From positions 18,986,567 to 19,050,566 of the forward strand of contig CM120649.1 in NCBI GenBank assembly GCA_051362555.1: a DNA stretch of 64,000 nucleotides. Reading direction: 5' to 3'. Source of the DNA: Lingula anatina. Lineage: Eukaryota; Animalia; Brachiopoda. The position numbers and the translations under genes are program-made. Position 1 is the first letter of the stretch. The number at the start of each line of letters is the position of its first letter. Below are positions 22,621 to 47,096 of the stretch, piece after piece. The notes below the pieces were generated by a model, which saw nothing but the letters and a program-made list of their open reading frames with translations, had not been told where the DNA came from and ran no database searches.

Positions 22621-25600
22621 TTATGTTTTCCGCGGGGATGATGCGCCACGTCCAGTCTTCTCTGTCGCATTTTCCTCCTCGGTCGTTTTCCGCTGCAAGA
22701 GCGTTGTCACCAGATTCCCCAGCCTAGAACTGCCACCAAAACGACTCCTGGGGGGAGGCCCTTGCCCTTTCCTAAGGCCCTGGTTGGTAGGACTACTCCC
22801 CTCTGCCGTCCCCGGGGTGACGCGAATGCTAGGGGGATCTGGGGAGACTTTAGTGCCCCGAACCCTGGCTAAGGCCGAGGCGAAGGGGTTGAAAGATAGC
22901 ATTGGGCGCCTGGCTTCGACTTCCTCGCTTTCCACTGGCTGTTGGGAGGTAGGTAGAAAATGGATAATTATAGCACAGACAATATTAGAGCTCGTCGCGT
23001 GAATTTGGATACACATGATGTCTTTACGAGCGTTTCAAAGAGACTGTGTATACATACTGAAACATTATGCACTTACATGTAATTTTCCATTAATTCGTAC
23101 CCTGCTCAATAACTCCAGACAGTCAGTTTCCATATTGCTAGTATGACATACTGAATTAGAATAGATGGATAAATATTTCAATATTTAAAGGGAGGTTAGG
23201 TTTAAAAACCTAACCTCCCTTTGGTATATTCATCCTTAAGACGTACAAATGACGTCTCACACATCATCTAATCTTATAAGTAGTAAACAGGATTAAAGTG
23301 AGAGGTTAAGGATAACCTCAATTATGCCAAAGTAAAGGGTAATTTACCTGAACGCCGCCTTCTTTCCGCTGAGTTATACCTGAAAAAAAGGACAGATTTG
23401 AGCAGATGAGAGAGAGAGAGAGAGAGAGTGTGAGTGTGTGAGAAGAGAGAATGAGAGCAACAGAGAGATAATAATAAGAGAAAGAGAGAGAATGTGTGTG
23501 TGTGACGAGAGAGAGAGAGAGAGAGAGAGCGACAAAGATAATAAGAAGAGAGAGAAATAGCGTGTGTGTGTGTGTGTGTGTGTATGTGTGTGTGTGTGTG
23601 TGATTGAGGAGAGGCATATTTTGACCCACGGGGTCTGGTTGCATGTGTACCTGGCGCAGCTCTAAGAACTTGCTTTACTTCGGGGCTGATGACGCTTCCC
23701 TCCTCTGGATTGTCTTCCTGGACAGTGAATTCCTTAAATAAATATTTTAAACAAGTAAGGAATTTGCCAATTTCAGTTTCATATTTCTCTGCCCTTGTAT
23801 CATTTTTATAGTCTGTCAATGACGTGACGTAATGAAATAATAAAAAACAGTGAATAATAAATAAAAGACAAACAAATAAATATAGCAACACGTGTACATA
23901 TTGACATATTGACTAAAGAATTACCTCGTATCCACTCCCGCTGTCTGCGTTGGGTATAATCATCTGCCTGAGATAGTTCAACCTGGTAGATCGACTCTCT
24001 ATCTCGTCATATTTCTTTTGCAGGTAACCCAGCCTAGGTTAAAGTGTAGAACAACGGTGTATATGACCTTTTTCTTCAAATTTTAAAATTTAATGCCTGG
24101 GCGGTGAAGACATTATTCATAGTAATAAACATAACGCCAACACACACTCACACACACACGCCTGCATTTACTGGAAAGAGCAACCACGTACAATGTTTTA
24201 CTTCAGATTTACACTGAACCAGACGTATTCAAGAAGATTTATTGTAAAAAAAAGAAAAAGAAAAGAAAGATATTCACCTCCTCCCAATCCTGGCCATCAT
24301 TATTTTGGGCTCTGTCTTGGCCCCTTGCTGACAGAGCTCGGTGCAAGACCCCAACTCTTGCCCCAGAAGTCCAAGGTCCACCTTCTCCTTGAACGGTATA
24401 TATGGTGGGTGGCCGACGGGAATGGGAGTGGTCAGATCACTGAAAGAGGTACGGTCACTGGTCAACGATTATGTGGACGTAATGCAACGATCCTGACATA
24501 TAGGTGGACAAGTTAGCAAACAAGTGAATAAATGAAAAACTTTGTCAAAAGTAAAAAAATAAAGGGGCTGTATCCCTTACCCGAATTCATATGTTCCAAT
24601 AAGAACCAGTTTAATGGCAAACAGGCAGATTCTGATACCTTATGCTTTAAACTATCAGATGATCAAAATGAATGAAAAAAATCGGTGGGGTGTTGTTTCA
24701 GAGGCACATAGTGGATTTTCAGTATCATATCTTGTCCTATTAAAATAACAATGCTTCAACTTCTTTGTGACGCGCAACGTAGAGAAGACGTCATTTATGT
24801 AATAATAAGCTTACGTCATAAAAGGGTGGTTTCCAAGGACCCCTTGTCATAACGACAGTGTATTTGCAGTCTGTTCATACTGCACGTAGCGGACAGTAAG
24901 CGAACTGTTATTTCACATTTAACATATTGAGCAATGTTTAGAGTTAATAGGATTCAAGCCCTTGACCTAAGGGTAAAAAAGGCAACTTATTTGGTATGTT
25001 TATATTTTATTTCATCATTTTTTGCATAATTTGTTACTGCAAACTTTACTCAGTAATGTAAAGTACGAGCAGATCTAATACATGTACGTTGGTATTTCGT
25101 TTTAAGATTTTTCATTTTCATTTGTTTTTAATGTACAATGTAGTTGTAGTTTCTATTGGCTTATTTACGAATGACGGTGAAATGCAAGAGTCAAAGTATC
25201 ATTTTGGAAATATTACACATGTCATTAGCTCACACAACTCCGATATTACACACATGAAAAATATTACTACAGCGCTACTGTACTGATATTGCATATTTTG
25301 CTATTTTCAGGGACAAAATAATGCGTGGGGATGTGTTAAGCGTGGTGTGATAAATCTACTTTATTTTGGAAAGTTGTCCACTCAAAATGCATTTCCTCTG
25401 GGCCAAAATGGCAACATGGCGCCACAACTAAACGTGGCAGATAAGCAGGAATCGGTGCGTACACCCGAACTGCTCAGGAGCGTTGGAAATGTTCGACTGG
25501 AGCTCCGTGGAGACGCGGATAAAAGTCAAACTTTGGAAAATTCAAAGAGCATTCGGCCAAATTTAAAAGTTAAGCTGGTGAGTGAAGCGTCAACCCCTCC

Positions 25601-27189
25601 TCTCTCTCTCTCTCTCTCTCCATCCATCCTCTTTCTACATGTACCTTGCTCTTCCTCTCACTCTCCACCCCCCTCTCTCTCTCTCTCTCTCCTTTTCTTC
25701 ATGCACATTTCAGTCGCACTTATCCAAGGCAGGCTTCTAAAACGTATAAAAAGCTAGCTTTCCTTATATTAATGAAACATCATATTCTATTTCAGAGTCA
25801 GATCAGACACTGCTCTATAAAAGATATCAAGCTGGACAGCGGTCCTGACGACCGGGCCACCAGAATTGGCATGGGGGACTTCGGCACTGTCTTTAGGGCG
25901 ACCCACGTCCCCAGCGGAGACCGCGTGGCCGTCAAATTCTTCAAGAGAGACGAGAACACCCGACGGGATATTCTCGTGGAAGCACGTGTCCTGGAGTATC
26001 TGAACGGGGCGAAATTGTCTCCGAAGTTCTACGGAGTGGTGAACTACGGGGAGGCCGCAGTTGCCGAGACTGAGTTCTCGCCGCTGGCCGTGGTTACGGA
26101 GTTTGTGAGCATTCGGCAAAAGAGTCGCCTCTCGTTCCACTATGAAGAGTTCAGAAAATTCCGCAGCACCCGCCGCCATTTGACCGCCACTGACTGGCTT
26201 AGGTTTGGGATGGAGCTGGCAGAAGGTTTGCAGGAAATACATGAGGTAAGTTTTTTTTTTCTTTTTTTTTCTTTTTTTTAATAACGTTGGGAACAGGAAA
26301 AAAGAAAAGGTCAAAAGAAGAGTGGAACGTCACTCGTAATTATCTGTCTATTAATTTCTTATTTCTATCCTTAAATTTATTTTTCATTTTTTTTTTTTTT
26401 CTGTCTTGAAAAACTGAATATTATTTTCTTCAATTTGTATCACAAATGCACACGCTCACACGTGTCTTGAGCTAAACTCTCATTAGTCTCGCATAGAGCA
26501 ACTAGGCCTACAAGTCCACCCACCTTTATTAATATAATTTATATTTATTCCAGATGGGAATTGGCATTTTCGATATAAAGCACGAAAATATCATGGTGCA
26601 GCGTGACAGCAAGGGAAGAATTCACCCACGCATCGTGGACTTCGGGGCAGCTTTTCTACTGAACGACGACAAGCCTTATCTTTCACCGAACAAATTCACG
26701 CTGGAGATGTTGAAACAACTGCGTCCAATGAGTGAACAACTAGCCCCCGAAATTTTCGAGTTTGCCTCTCGTTCGGCAGCACTAGACGTCTACAGCCTGG
26801 GGTTTGTCTTTGGCGATATGGCGAGGCGAGCCAAGGTGTTGGGTTTGAGAGACTTAGCGGCACACTGCATGGCAGACGACCCAACACGGCGGCCATGTTT
26901 ACCTGACGTCATTGGACACCTGAAGAGACTGCTGAAGGAGGAGAAACAGCGCAGACTGGCGACTTTTCATCGCAGCGTAGCCTGAAGGTCGTCTTAAAAC
27001 TGTCTAAAGTTCGTCTTCTAGAACATTTCTGGAGAATTTCGATTTAAAAGCATTTGGGATTTTGAAGAATGATGTCCGGATATAATTTAGTGCAAAATTG
27101 AAGGGATTTTAAGAAACCAACGGCAATTGACAGAGACGGACAGAGATTAGTTAGTAAAATGGCATTATTATGGAAAATGCCAAGGTATT

Positions 27190-27220
<31 letters not shown>

Positions 27221-30200
27221 TTGGTGACAAAATTGTTATAAAATATTATAAGGAATTTATAAAAAAAAAACATAAGGCAGCAGACACCAATGCCTTTACT
27301 GCTCAAAACTACACAGAGCAGATGCGTAAGGAAGAATAGAAATCTTGGCCAATTGAATCCCTTGATGTAACAACAGGCAAACTTAAAGAGCTTTCTGGGC
27401 AGTACACGTATTGGCCAGGGATTGTCCTGTGTGATACCTAGAGGAACAAACGAGGAATTCACAGGACAGTAGACGGCATAGGATATCAGATTCCAATTTA
27501 AGATATCTTACTAGAATGTATGGCCTTGTCATCCGCCAGAAGCTGACTGAAATGATTTGAGACATATGTTACCAAGTAAGCAGGTACTTTGTTTGGTCAA
27601 CAAGTCCCATGCTTCTGACCATGAAAGGCGATAAGCACTCTGTATACATGCATTCATATATGAAATGTTATATTGCTTTGGTGAGAGCATTCAATATGTT
27701 GATAGAGACAAATGAGAAGAGTTGTGTTAGTCAGTGCAGCAAAGGTTTTTAAGCCACCAGTATATTTGGCTTTAGACACTTTCTATGCACTCATGCATCT
27801 ATGTTTTTACCTCTAAAATGAATGTTGCATTTTGAGAAGCTGCTTTTTTATCTTTTTTTATTTGATCGTGTATGGTCAAATGATTCTTGTTAGATGCATT
27901 TTCGTAACCACAAAAGCTTAGACGGATTCTTTAATTTATGCAGTCACTTGCTTGTATATATTTGCAAATAACATTTTTTCATCTGTAAATAAACATGTTT
28001 TTTATTTTTATTGTGGTTTTACTACGTTCAATTTACCCTCTGTTGGAAGGGCTGGGTTCTTGTTTGAATGCCACAGATTTTTAAAATCAATATTGAAATT
28101 ACATATTTGATGAACATTAACCCTTCACGTTATTTTTAAGTAAAATATCTTGATATTCCTTTGTCCGCATCCGCTTTTTTTATCTTAACACAGATTCAAC
28201 TAAATTCAAATCAAAAAGAAAGAAAGAGTAACTTTACACATGAACAAGAAACGAGAAGAAAATCAAATTAAACAGCAACAATAACAAGAAGAAATTCCGG
28301 GCATTACTTTAAAGTATCCGTTCTTCCTGGTATAGGCTCTGGTCTCAAGAACAGAGAGTGGGTGATCTGTTGTTTCGGGTCCATCTGGCGGTTCTCCAGC
28401 TTCAAAGACAGAAAATAAGAACAGCTTGTGAAGAGTCCATACTGATGTCGGATGCTATTTTGCTTTATGGCCTATATGGTAAATGTATTTAAAAAATCTT
28501 GCGTTAAATCATTCTTTTACTTAAAATGCGTTCACCAAATCACCGTTTACATAAGACAGGCAGTTTTCTTTACGAGTGACATTTAGATAAAAAACTGATT
28601 TTTTTTAAATTTTGAGATAAAAAATTAAGTCACCTGGTTGGAGAATCCGTAGCCAAAGCTGCCGTAAGCAAAGCAGAACTCCACCTCGAGCACTGCCATG
28701 GGCTTGGTTTTACGGGTCAGAGCCAGCGCTTCCACCGAGTACAGTTTCTTAGAGATGGTAAACAAACAAACACACAAATAGATAAATAAATAACACAAAC
28801 AACAACATAGGATTTAATTGTTCTACACGTGTGCAATATATTTTTCTTTCGTTTTCCTTCATTTATCTTTATTCGTTTATAATCATACATTTTTTCCTAA
28901 TTCATTTGTCCCAGCTACTTAAAATTATTTTACATTTTATTTTATATAACAAAGCTGAGAAAAGCTGTTGTATTAACCTTGATGATGTCATACAAATGGA
29001 TCTGTTTACTGGCAATAATGCGATGTCTCTCAGGCGACTCATAACCTATCAGTTCTAGCTTCACTTTGTTTGACAAATCTTGGCGCTTGTTGCTCAGCTA
29101 AAGAGAACACACCGTTTTTAAATTTATTAGAACAAAAGAAATCGGGCAAATTTAAATATGCGGATAACAGAAGACATTTGTAAGCCTGAACTCTCTGATT
29201 ACACCACACACACATATAAATAAGCATTAACGAACTTTGTATTATTTACTTCTTTTTACAAATACTTTTTCCCAACCAGCTTAACTTAGGTCTAAGTGTC
29301 AGAAACAAGTATGAAAAACGCCATTAAAATTACCTTTACCTAAAAGGTACAATATGTCTTCTGGTCGACGGGAATAAATCAAAACTTGAATGCAATTATC
29401 AGGAATATTTAAACATGCTCTGTAAAACCAAAGACTGCAACAGATTTTTAAAATAAGAATAAATAAAACTTTTAAAAAGAAACTTACCTTAATGGCAAAA
29501 TGTCTGAGGTCGTCGAGTGCGGCCTGAGTTTTGGTCACTCCACTCTGGACGACCGAGGAGTTCTTACACACCGCTCCAATGTGGATCCTTACATAGAGAC
29601 TGATGGGGTAGTCCTCAAATACTGCAGGAGCTTTGGTCAAGAGAAATAGTTTAACTGACAACTGGACATTTAGAAGTCTTGGAAGGCAACAAGAAATTAA
29701 AGAAAGAAGGAGAAAAGGAGAGAAAGAAGAACGGATGAATGAATGAAAGTACCAGAATCTCGCCCAGATAATGATTGATCTATCTGCAAAGAAGAGGCTT
29801 AGCAGAGGTATTTTCTCACAGCAACGTAATCCCCAGGCTAATTAACGTTCTAGTGTGGAGTAAATAAACTTCAAGGATACGATTTTCGAAATCCAACTTT
29901 ATGTTTTTCAGTTGTTTCAAATGGATTGACAGCACTCCGTTCTACAAATTAAAAAGTGTAAGAAATGCATCAACATTACAAGCCTTCTCAACTTACTGGT
30001 CTCAATAAAAAAAAGAAATACTGCAGAATCTCTTTTGAAAATAAATAATAGGGCCTAATCAAAACACGGCACACCTTACAAAACGATAATAAAAAATAAA
30101 AGGTAGCCTTAACCCATAAGTACACCTCACTCGCACACTATAATTGTTTTCCAAAAACTAGAGGATGCTAACATTTCGATCACATAATTCTGGCATCATA

Positions 30201-30372
30201 GGCTCCATTTGTTCGACAAATGGTAATGCAAAAATAAGTGTGATTAAAATCAGAGATCATAAGAAATAACACATACTGGCCTTGACAAGGCATCATCAGG
30301 TTTAAATAGTACATGAGAATGCGGATCACGGAATTCGTCGTCGTAATGACCATGATGAAGACCATGCTCCAT
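22621..30372 (-). CDS. C2CD6: C2 domain protein of the C2CD6/ALS2CR11 (CatSper targeting subunit tau) family, about 436 aa
   Basis: Exons 30372-30277 and 29779-29753 (both tentative), 29661-29488, 29097-28978, 28747-28634, 28399-28308, 24439-24278, 24033-23925, 23717-23651, 23379-23348 and 22938-22621. Motifs LYVRIHIG, VKLELIGY, IHLYDIIK, LEVEFCFAYGSFGYGFSNQL, SLFLRPEPIPGRTD and TPIPVGHPPY match my recollection of ALS2CR11 (EVEFMFSYGNFGYGFSHQL). Confidence 0.82.
23187..23222. repeat. Perfect hairpin with 17-bp arms and a 2-nt loop (intronic)
   Basis: aaagggaggttaggttt-aa-aaacctaacctcccttt. Confidence 0.9.
25416..26985 (+). CDS. Divergent protein kinase (347 aa) nested antisense in an intron of the C2CD6-like gene
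   Basis: Exons 25416-25577, 25796-26245 and 26554-26985 (phase 0, GT-AG). Motifs: IGMGDFGTV (Gly loop), VAVK, helix-C Glu (VEARVL), catalytic loop IFDIKHENI, VDFG, LAPE, DVYSLG, DPTRRP. Confidence 0.9.
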
Positions 30373-30811
30373 CTTACATGCGTGTATCACTGCTGCTGTT
30401 GTTTCGCGCCGAGCTACGCCATGATTCTTCGCAGCGTTTTACGCCTGACGCTGTTGACGTAATATTCTCGCGAGGAACGTGACGACAAGCAGGCGACAGT
30501 TTTCGCGCCACAAATGCAAATATGAAGCGCAATACTGCTCTTTCTGAAAAAAAATGTAGTTTTATATTAATTAGTAGATATATACATACAAACAAACTGT
30601 TTACGGCAAAGTTTAACTTTGGAGATAAGCTGGAAGTCCGACAACACAAATGGATCATCTCAACTAACACACTTCACACAACTAATCTCCTTTTCCTAGA
30701 GAACTTGACTTGTTTTCTCGACTTTGGCTCCTACTTTGTGATAAGCTAGCATATTATCGCTGAAATAGAAAATCTGGTGAATTCTGGGTGTCACACCCAA
30801 AGGGTGCGACG
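30373..30811. promoter_or_regulatory. Putative bidirectional promoter between the C2CD6-like gene and PEX1
   Basis: Divergent ATGs at 30372 (-, tentative) and 30812 (+) lie 440 bp apart. CpG-rich patch at 30400-30510 with two tttcgcgcc (E2F-like) motifs. Confidence 0.6.
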
Positions 30812-43257
<12,446 letters not shown>

Positions 43258-43295
43258 TTCAAAATTTACCAAGAAAATGAGTATTTCTGTCTCAT

Positions 43296-43348
<53 letters not shown>

Positions 43349-44080
43349 GATTCTGAATTGAGCATATGATGTCTAGAAAACCATGACAAGTGACAAGATT
43401 ATGATATGTCAGAATATCAGAATAGGGAATAGGATGGAGTAAGGCAACAAATTAGTGATGGAATGCTTTCTTTCAAATAAAGTAGATGCTTTTTTTATTT
43501 CATTTGATTCCATTAGGGAGAATGTATACTGTATATTAATTTGCTATTTTTAGTTCTGATTTATGTGAAATACTAGGACAAATATTGTATGATTATTATT
43601 ATTTTTTTACAATTTTATTTTGAATGAATGAAGGCACAAACATATGTTTGCACTTGCCTTGTTGGAATTTTAAGAACCTTTTGATCAAGTTATTTCATTT
43701 TTTAATTAGAACACTAAATATTTTTATGTTAATATACTCTATCTCGGCAACATATGCTGAGAATAAGATATTGTTACCAAACTTATGATTGTTATTAATA
43801 TTTATATGGAATAAATAGGTAATTAAGAAACTTTCTAATTTTTTGTACCCTTTAGTTATTTTCCAAAGTGATAATTTATCACTTTTGAGTAAAAAAACTG
43901 GAAATTATTTATTATCAAAAATCATGAATTATGGCTTTTAAATGAATAACAGGAAGTTTGGCCAAGATTGCAAATTTTAAAAGGGCTTATATAAATTAGG
44001 CAATAATTATGATTAATTGAAAAAACTTGAATTTGAATGGGAAATCTCACACGTAGAGGCTTACCGTTAATTAAGTGCAC

Positions 44081-44172
44081 TGATTTGTTTCCTGAAGTGG
44101 AGGATTTATTTTTCTGACATGAAGAATATGTTTCCTGGCGTGAAGAATTTTTTTTTCTGACATGTAGGATTA
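44081..44172. repeat. Tandem repeat of about 21 bp, 4 diverged copies
   Basis: tttcctgaagtggaggattt / tttctgacatgaagaatat / tttcctggcgtgaagaattt / tttctgacatgtaggatt. Confidence 0.65.
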
Positions 44173-47055
44173 GATGTTGCCACCAGAGGACTGCTGCTAA
44201 TGAGACAACAGACTGTTAATACAGTGACGTCAATATTTCGTAAATTATTTTTCTTTGCCTTGGGAGTCAACAGCTTAATTACTGTTTCAATGAGTTCTTT
44301 AACGTTTCAACCACTGAATGCATTATTGGGATTAAATTCACACACCGGGAGGTTTTCTCCGTGGGGTAAACGGGATTTTTACTCTGCCTAATCAACGTTT
44401 AATACCCACTGCCTGGATAACACCATGACTCTGTAACAATCTAGGAAAATTATGAAATCCTTAGCCCCCACCTGAGCGCAGAATTCTAGAATTCTGGCAT
44501 CACACTGAGCACTGGCAGATATGAGTTGCGCTGGACTCAAAATCATGCAGAGATGTTAGGTGGCTGTACGTCTTGAACTGTAGACTAACTTCCATTGATT
44601 AGTATATGAAACCACATTCTGCTTCTAGACAAATAACTTCTAAGTACAATATATATAATATAATATTAATTTTATAATTTTATAGTAATTTTTATGCAAT
44701 CTTATTAAGGTTTTTATTGATTTATTCTTTGCAAAAGTTTCAACAGTCAAATCGACAGTCCATAGTTTTTTTTAAATTATTCAATAATTTATTTGTTTTT
44801 GACAAGCCTTAAAATGATTTTTCAAATGGTAAAATGAAAACGCTTTCACGGCTTGAATCATATTAAGGAATGCTACTTCACAGTTTTCTTTTGCAAAATA
44901 ATCTTGGGTTCGGTATCAGAAATAGCGAGAGGTTATCAATATAAAATGTTTTGGTAGGTAGTTATCTGTATGTTTGTGGGCTAACGCGAGTACAGCGTCA
45001 TCGTAATGCTCTCTCTCTCTCTCTCTTCCTCTCTCTCTCTCACTCCATTCAAATCCACACAAAACTCTGATTTAACTCGGCGAACTCCCTGCCTTTGATC
45101 TCTTGCCCACTGCCATTTGTCATGGCTCCGAACCGAACACCGCAACTCCAGGAAACACTAGACAACATTCACGAAAATTCACTCAGCCCTTTGTAACAGC
45201 CATTTTATCTATTAAAAACACATCTCTTTGAACGAGTATGGGGTTCAGTGTTCTATGCTAGATTTTCACCCCGTAACAATGGAGGATTTTTTCACTATCA
45301 TTTATCGAGGACGGCATCAGGGGTGTTCGCTTTGTGTTTGCTCCACTGGGGTCTTCTTGGTTGATCTTTAAATAATGGACTGAAGTGAGTGAGAGTCACC
45401 ATTCGATACCCTTGATCTGTCTCTCGTGATAATGCTCCTAATATTGAGACCCAGCGGCGGTTATAATGCACAGAGACAAACAGGTTGTGTAATGACTGTC
45501 GGCCATTGGCAATGAATAGAAAGCACCTCATAGTGTTGATGTGTCAGGGCATTTGTCTTCATGTCTCTGTATCATTTGTTTGGACAGGCGGTGCAAATGT
45601 TGACAGTTTTGTATTTATTTATTTATTTATTTGATGATTCGCCTTTTCGTTTATTTATTTTTTAATTCACCAAATTATTCATTTATCAATGTATTCTTTT
45701 TTTTTTTTTTTTTTTTTCAATTTAAAATTGTTTGTTTCATTCTTATTCAGCTTCAATTGTTCCATTTTTGTTCCAATTTCACAGTGCAGCTCAATTCAAA
45801 CCTGAACTAGTATGAATGTCGTCACAAGACGACCAATAGAGTGTTGTCAGTTTTAGTTAGCCATATGTGCCAGGACTGGTAGTCTGCTTGGAACCGTAGT
45901 CCGTTTCCCGTTACTTTGCACGGGGGATATTCGTCCCATATGTACTAACCCTAATACTCCATCTAACCCTAACCTGTAGTAATCGTATGGGACCCGGACT
46001 CCCATTCCTGTCCCCCCTGCTCTATGTGGCGCTGTACAGCTAGAGGGACAAACTCTCCACAAATTCGGTTTTTCAGAGTTTCAGACATACCTGAAGTAGT
46101 CACAATAAGGCAGGTCTGAACGTTGGCCTAAGCCTCTCCTTTACTCCACATTGCCATTTGGCTTTTGAGTCTCTAATTCGTTCCATCCGTTACCCGGAAT
46201 TTTGTCCCAGCCCAAGATAATCTTGTGTTCCTATATACTCTTGTAACATTTAGCTCATAAGAGTGACAGTCAAGCACAGGGTTTGCTCTTTTTTTAACAA
46301 CTATAATCCAGGGTGCCACTTGTCATATGTGCAACACCACACGTACGCAGACAATTTAGATGTTTTATTCATTCGAAATCCGTATATCACTACAGCCAGC
46401 CGACTTTTAGGTATTTGTATTTCTTCTTTTTTTATTTTCTCTGGGTCCACTGTCATTTCACTTATGCTGTTTCAATATTTTTAATAAATGTTACTTTTTA
46501 CATATGAAATCAATGGCCATTATTCCGTTCACATAACCTGAACAATTTTCAGTTTGATATTCATGTATTGAAAGAAATTTAAAACAATCGCTTCATTTTG
46601 GGAATGGGATTTTGCTTTTATGAAGCTATCGACGTGTAACTTCAGTAACAAAATATGTAATGTTTGAAATATTAAAACGGTATTAGTTAAATGACAGCAT
46701 ACCTAGAGGAACGAAAAAAGAAGAAATACAAGCATCTCGACGCAGAATCAAAAGATATTTTCTCGAGTAATAATGGTGCGTATAGGATGTATGCATTACA
46801 TAATATGTAGAAGCAAACAAGTGTTGAGAATATATTTTAACGGAACAGGTTTAGTTAATGATAAAAACATCATTGGCTTTTTTGATAATTAGATATGAAA
46901 AACTATACGTCTAACTTGGTTTTTGTCTTTGATCTTACAAAAGTTAACAGAAATAAACTTCGTTGTGTCAGATCCCCTTCGTTTCATTGCATATCTTATC
47001 TCATGGAGAACATATTTTCAAACTGAAATTGATTTTAAAAACTCCAAATGCGTCT

Positions 47056-47096
<41 letters not shown>

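Noticed and set aside
27383-27620. Minus-strand LADD peptide resembling a reverse-transcriptase YADD motif
   Set aside because: A stop follows within a few codons and no other RT motifs are visible.
43342-43362. TGAGGTAG, identical to the let-7 5' end
   Set aside because: The rest does not match let-7 and there is no hairpin; it is part of the repeat also seen at 53071.
45900-46020. ctaaccctaa telomere-like motifs within a short imperfect inverted repeat
   Set aside because: Only two short motifs; possibly a repeat fragment, but boundaries and class cannot be supported.
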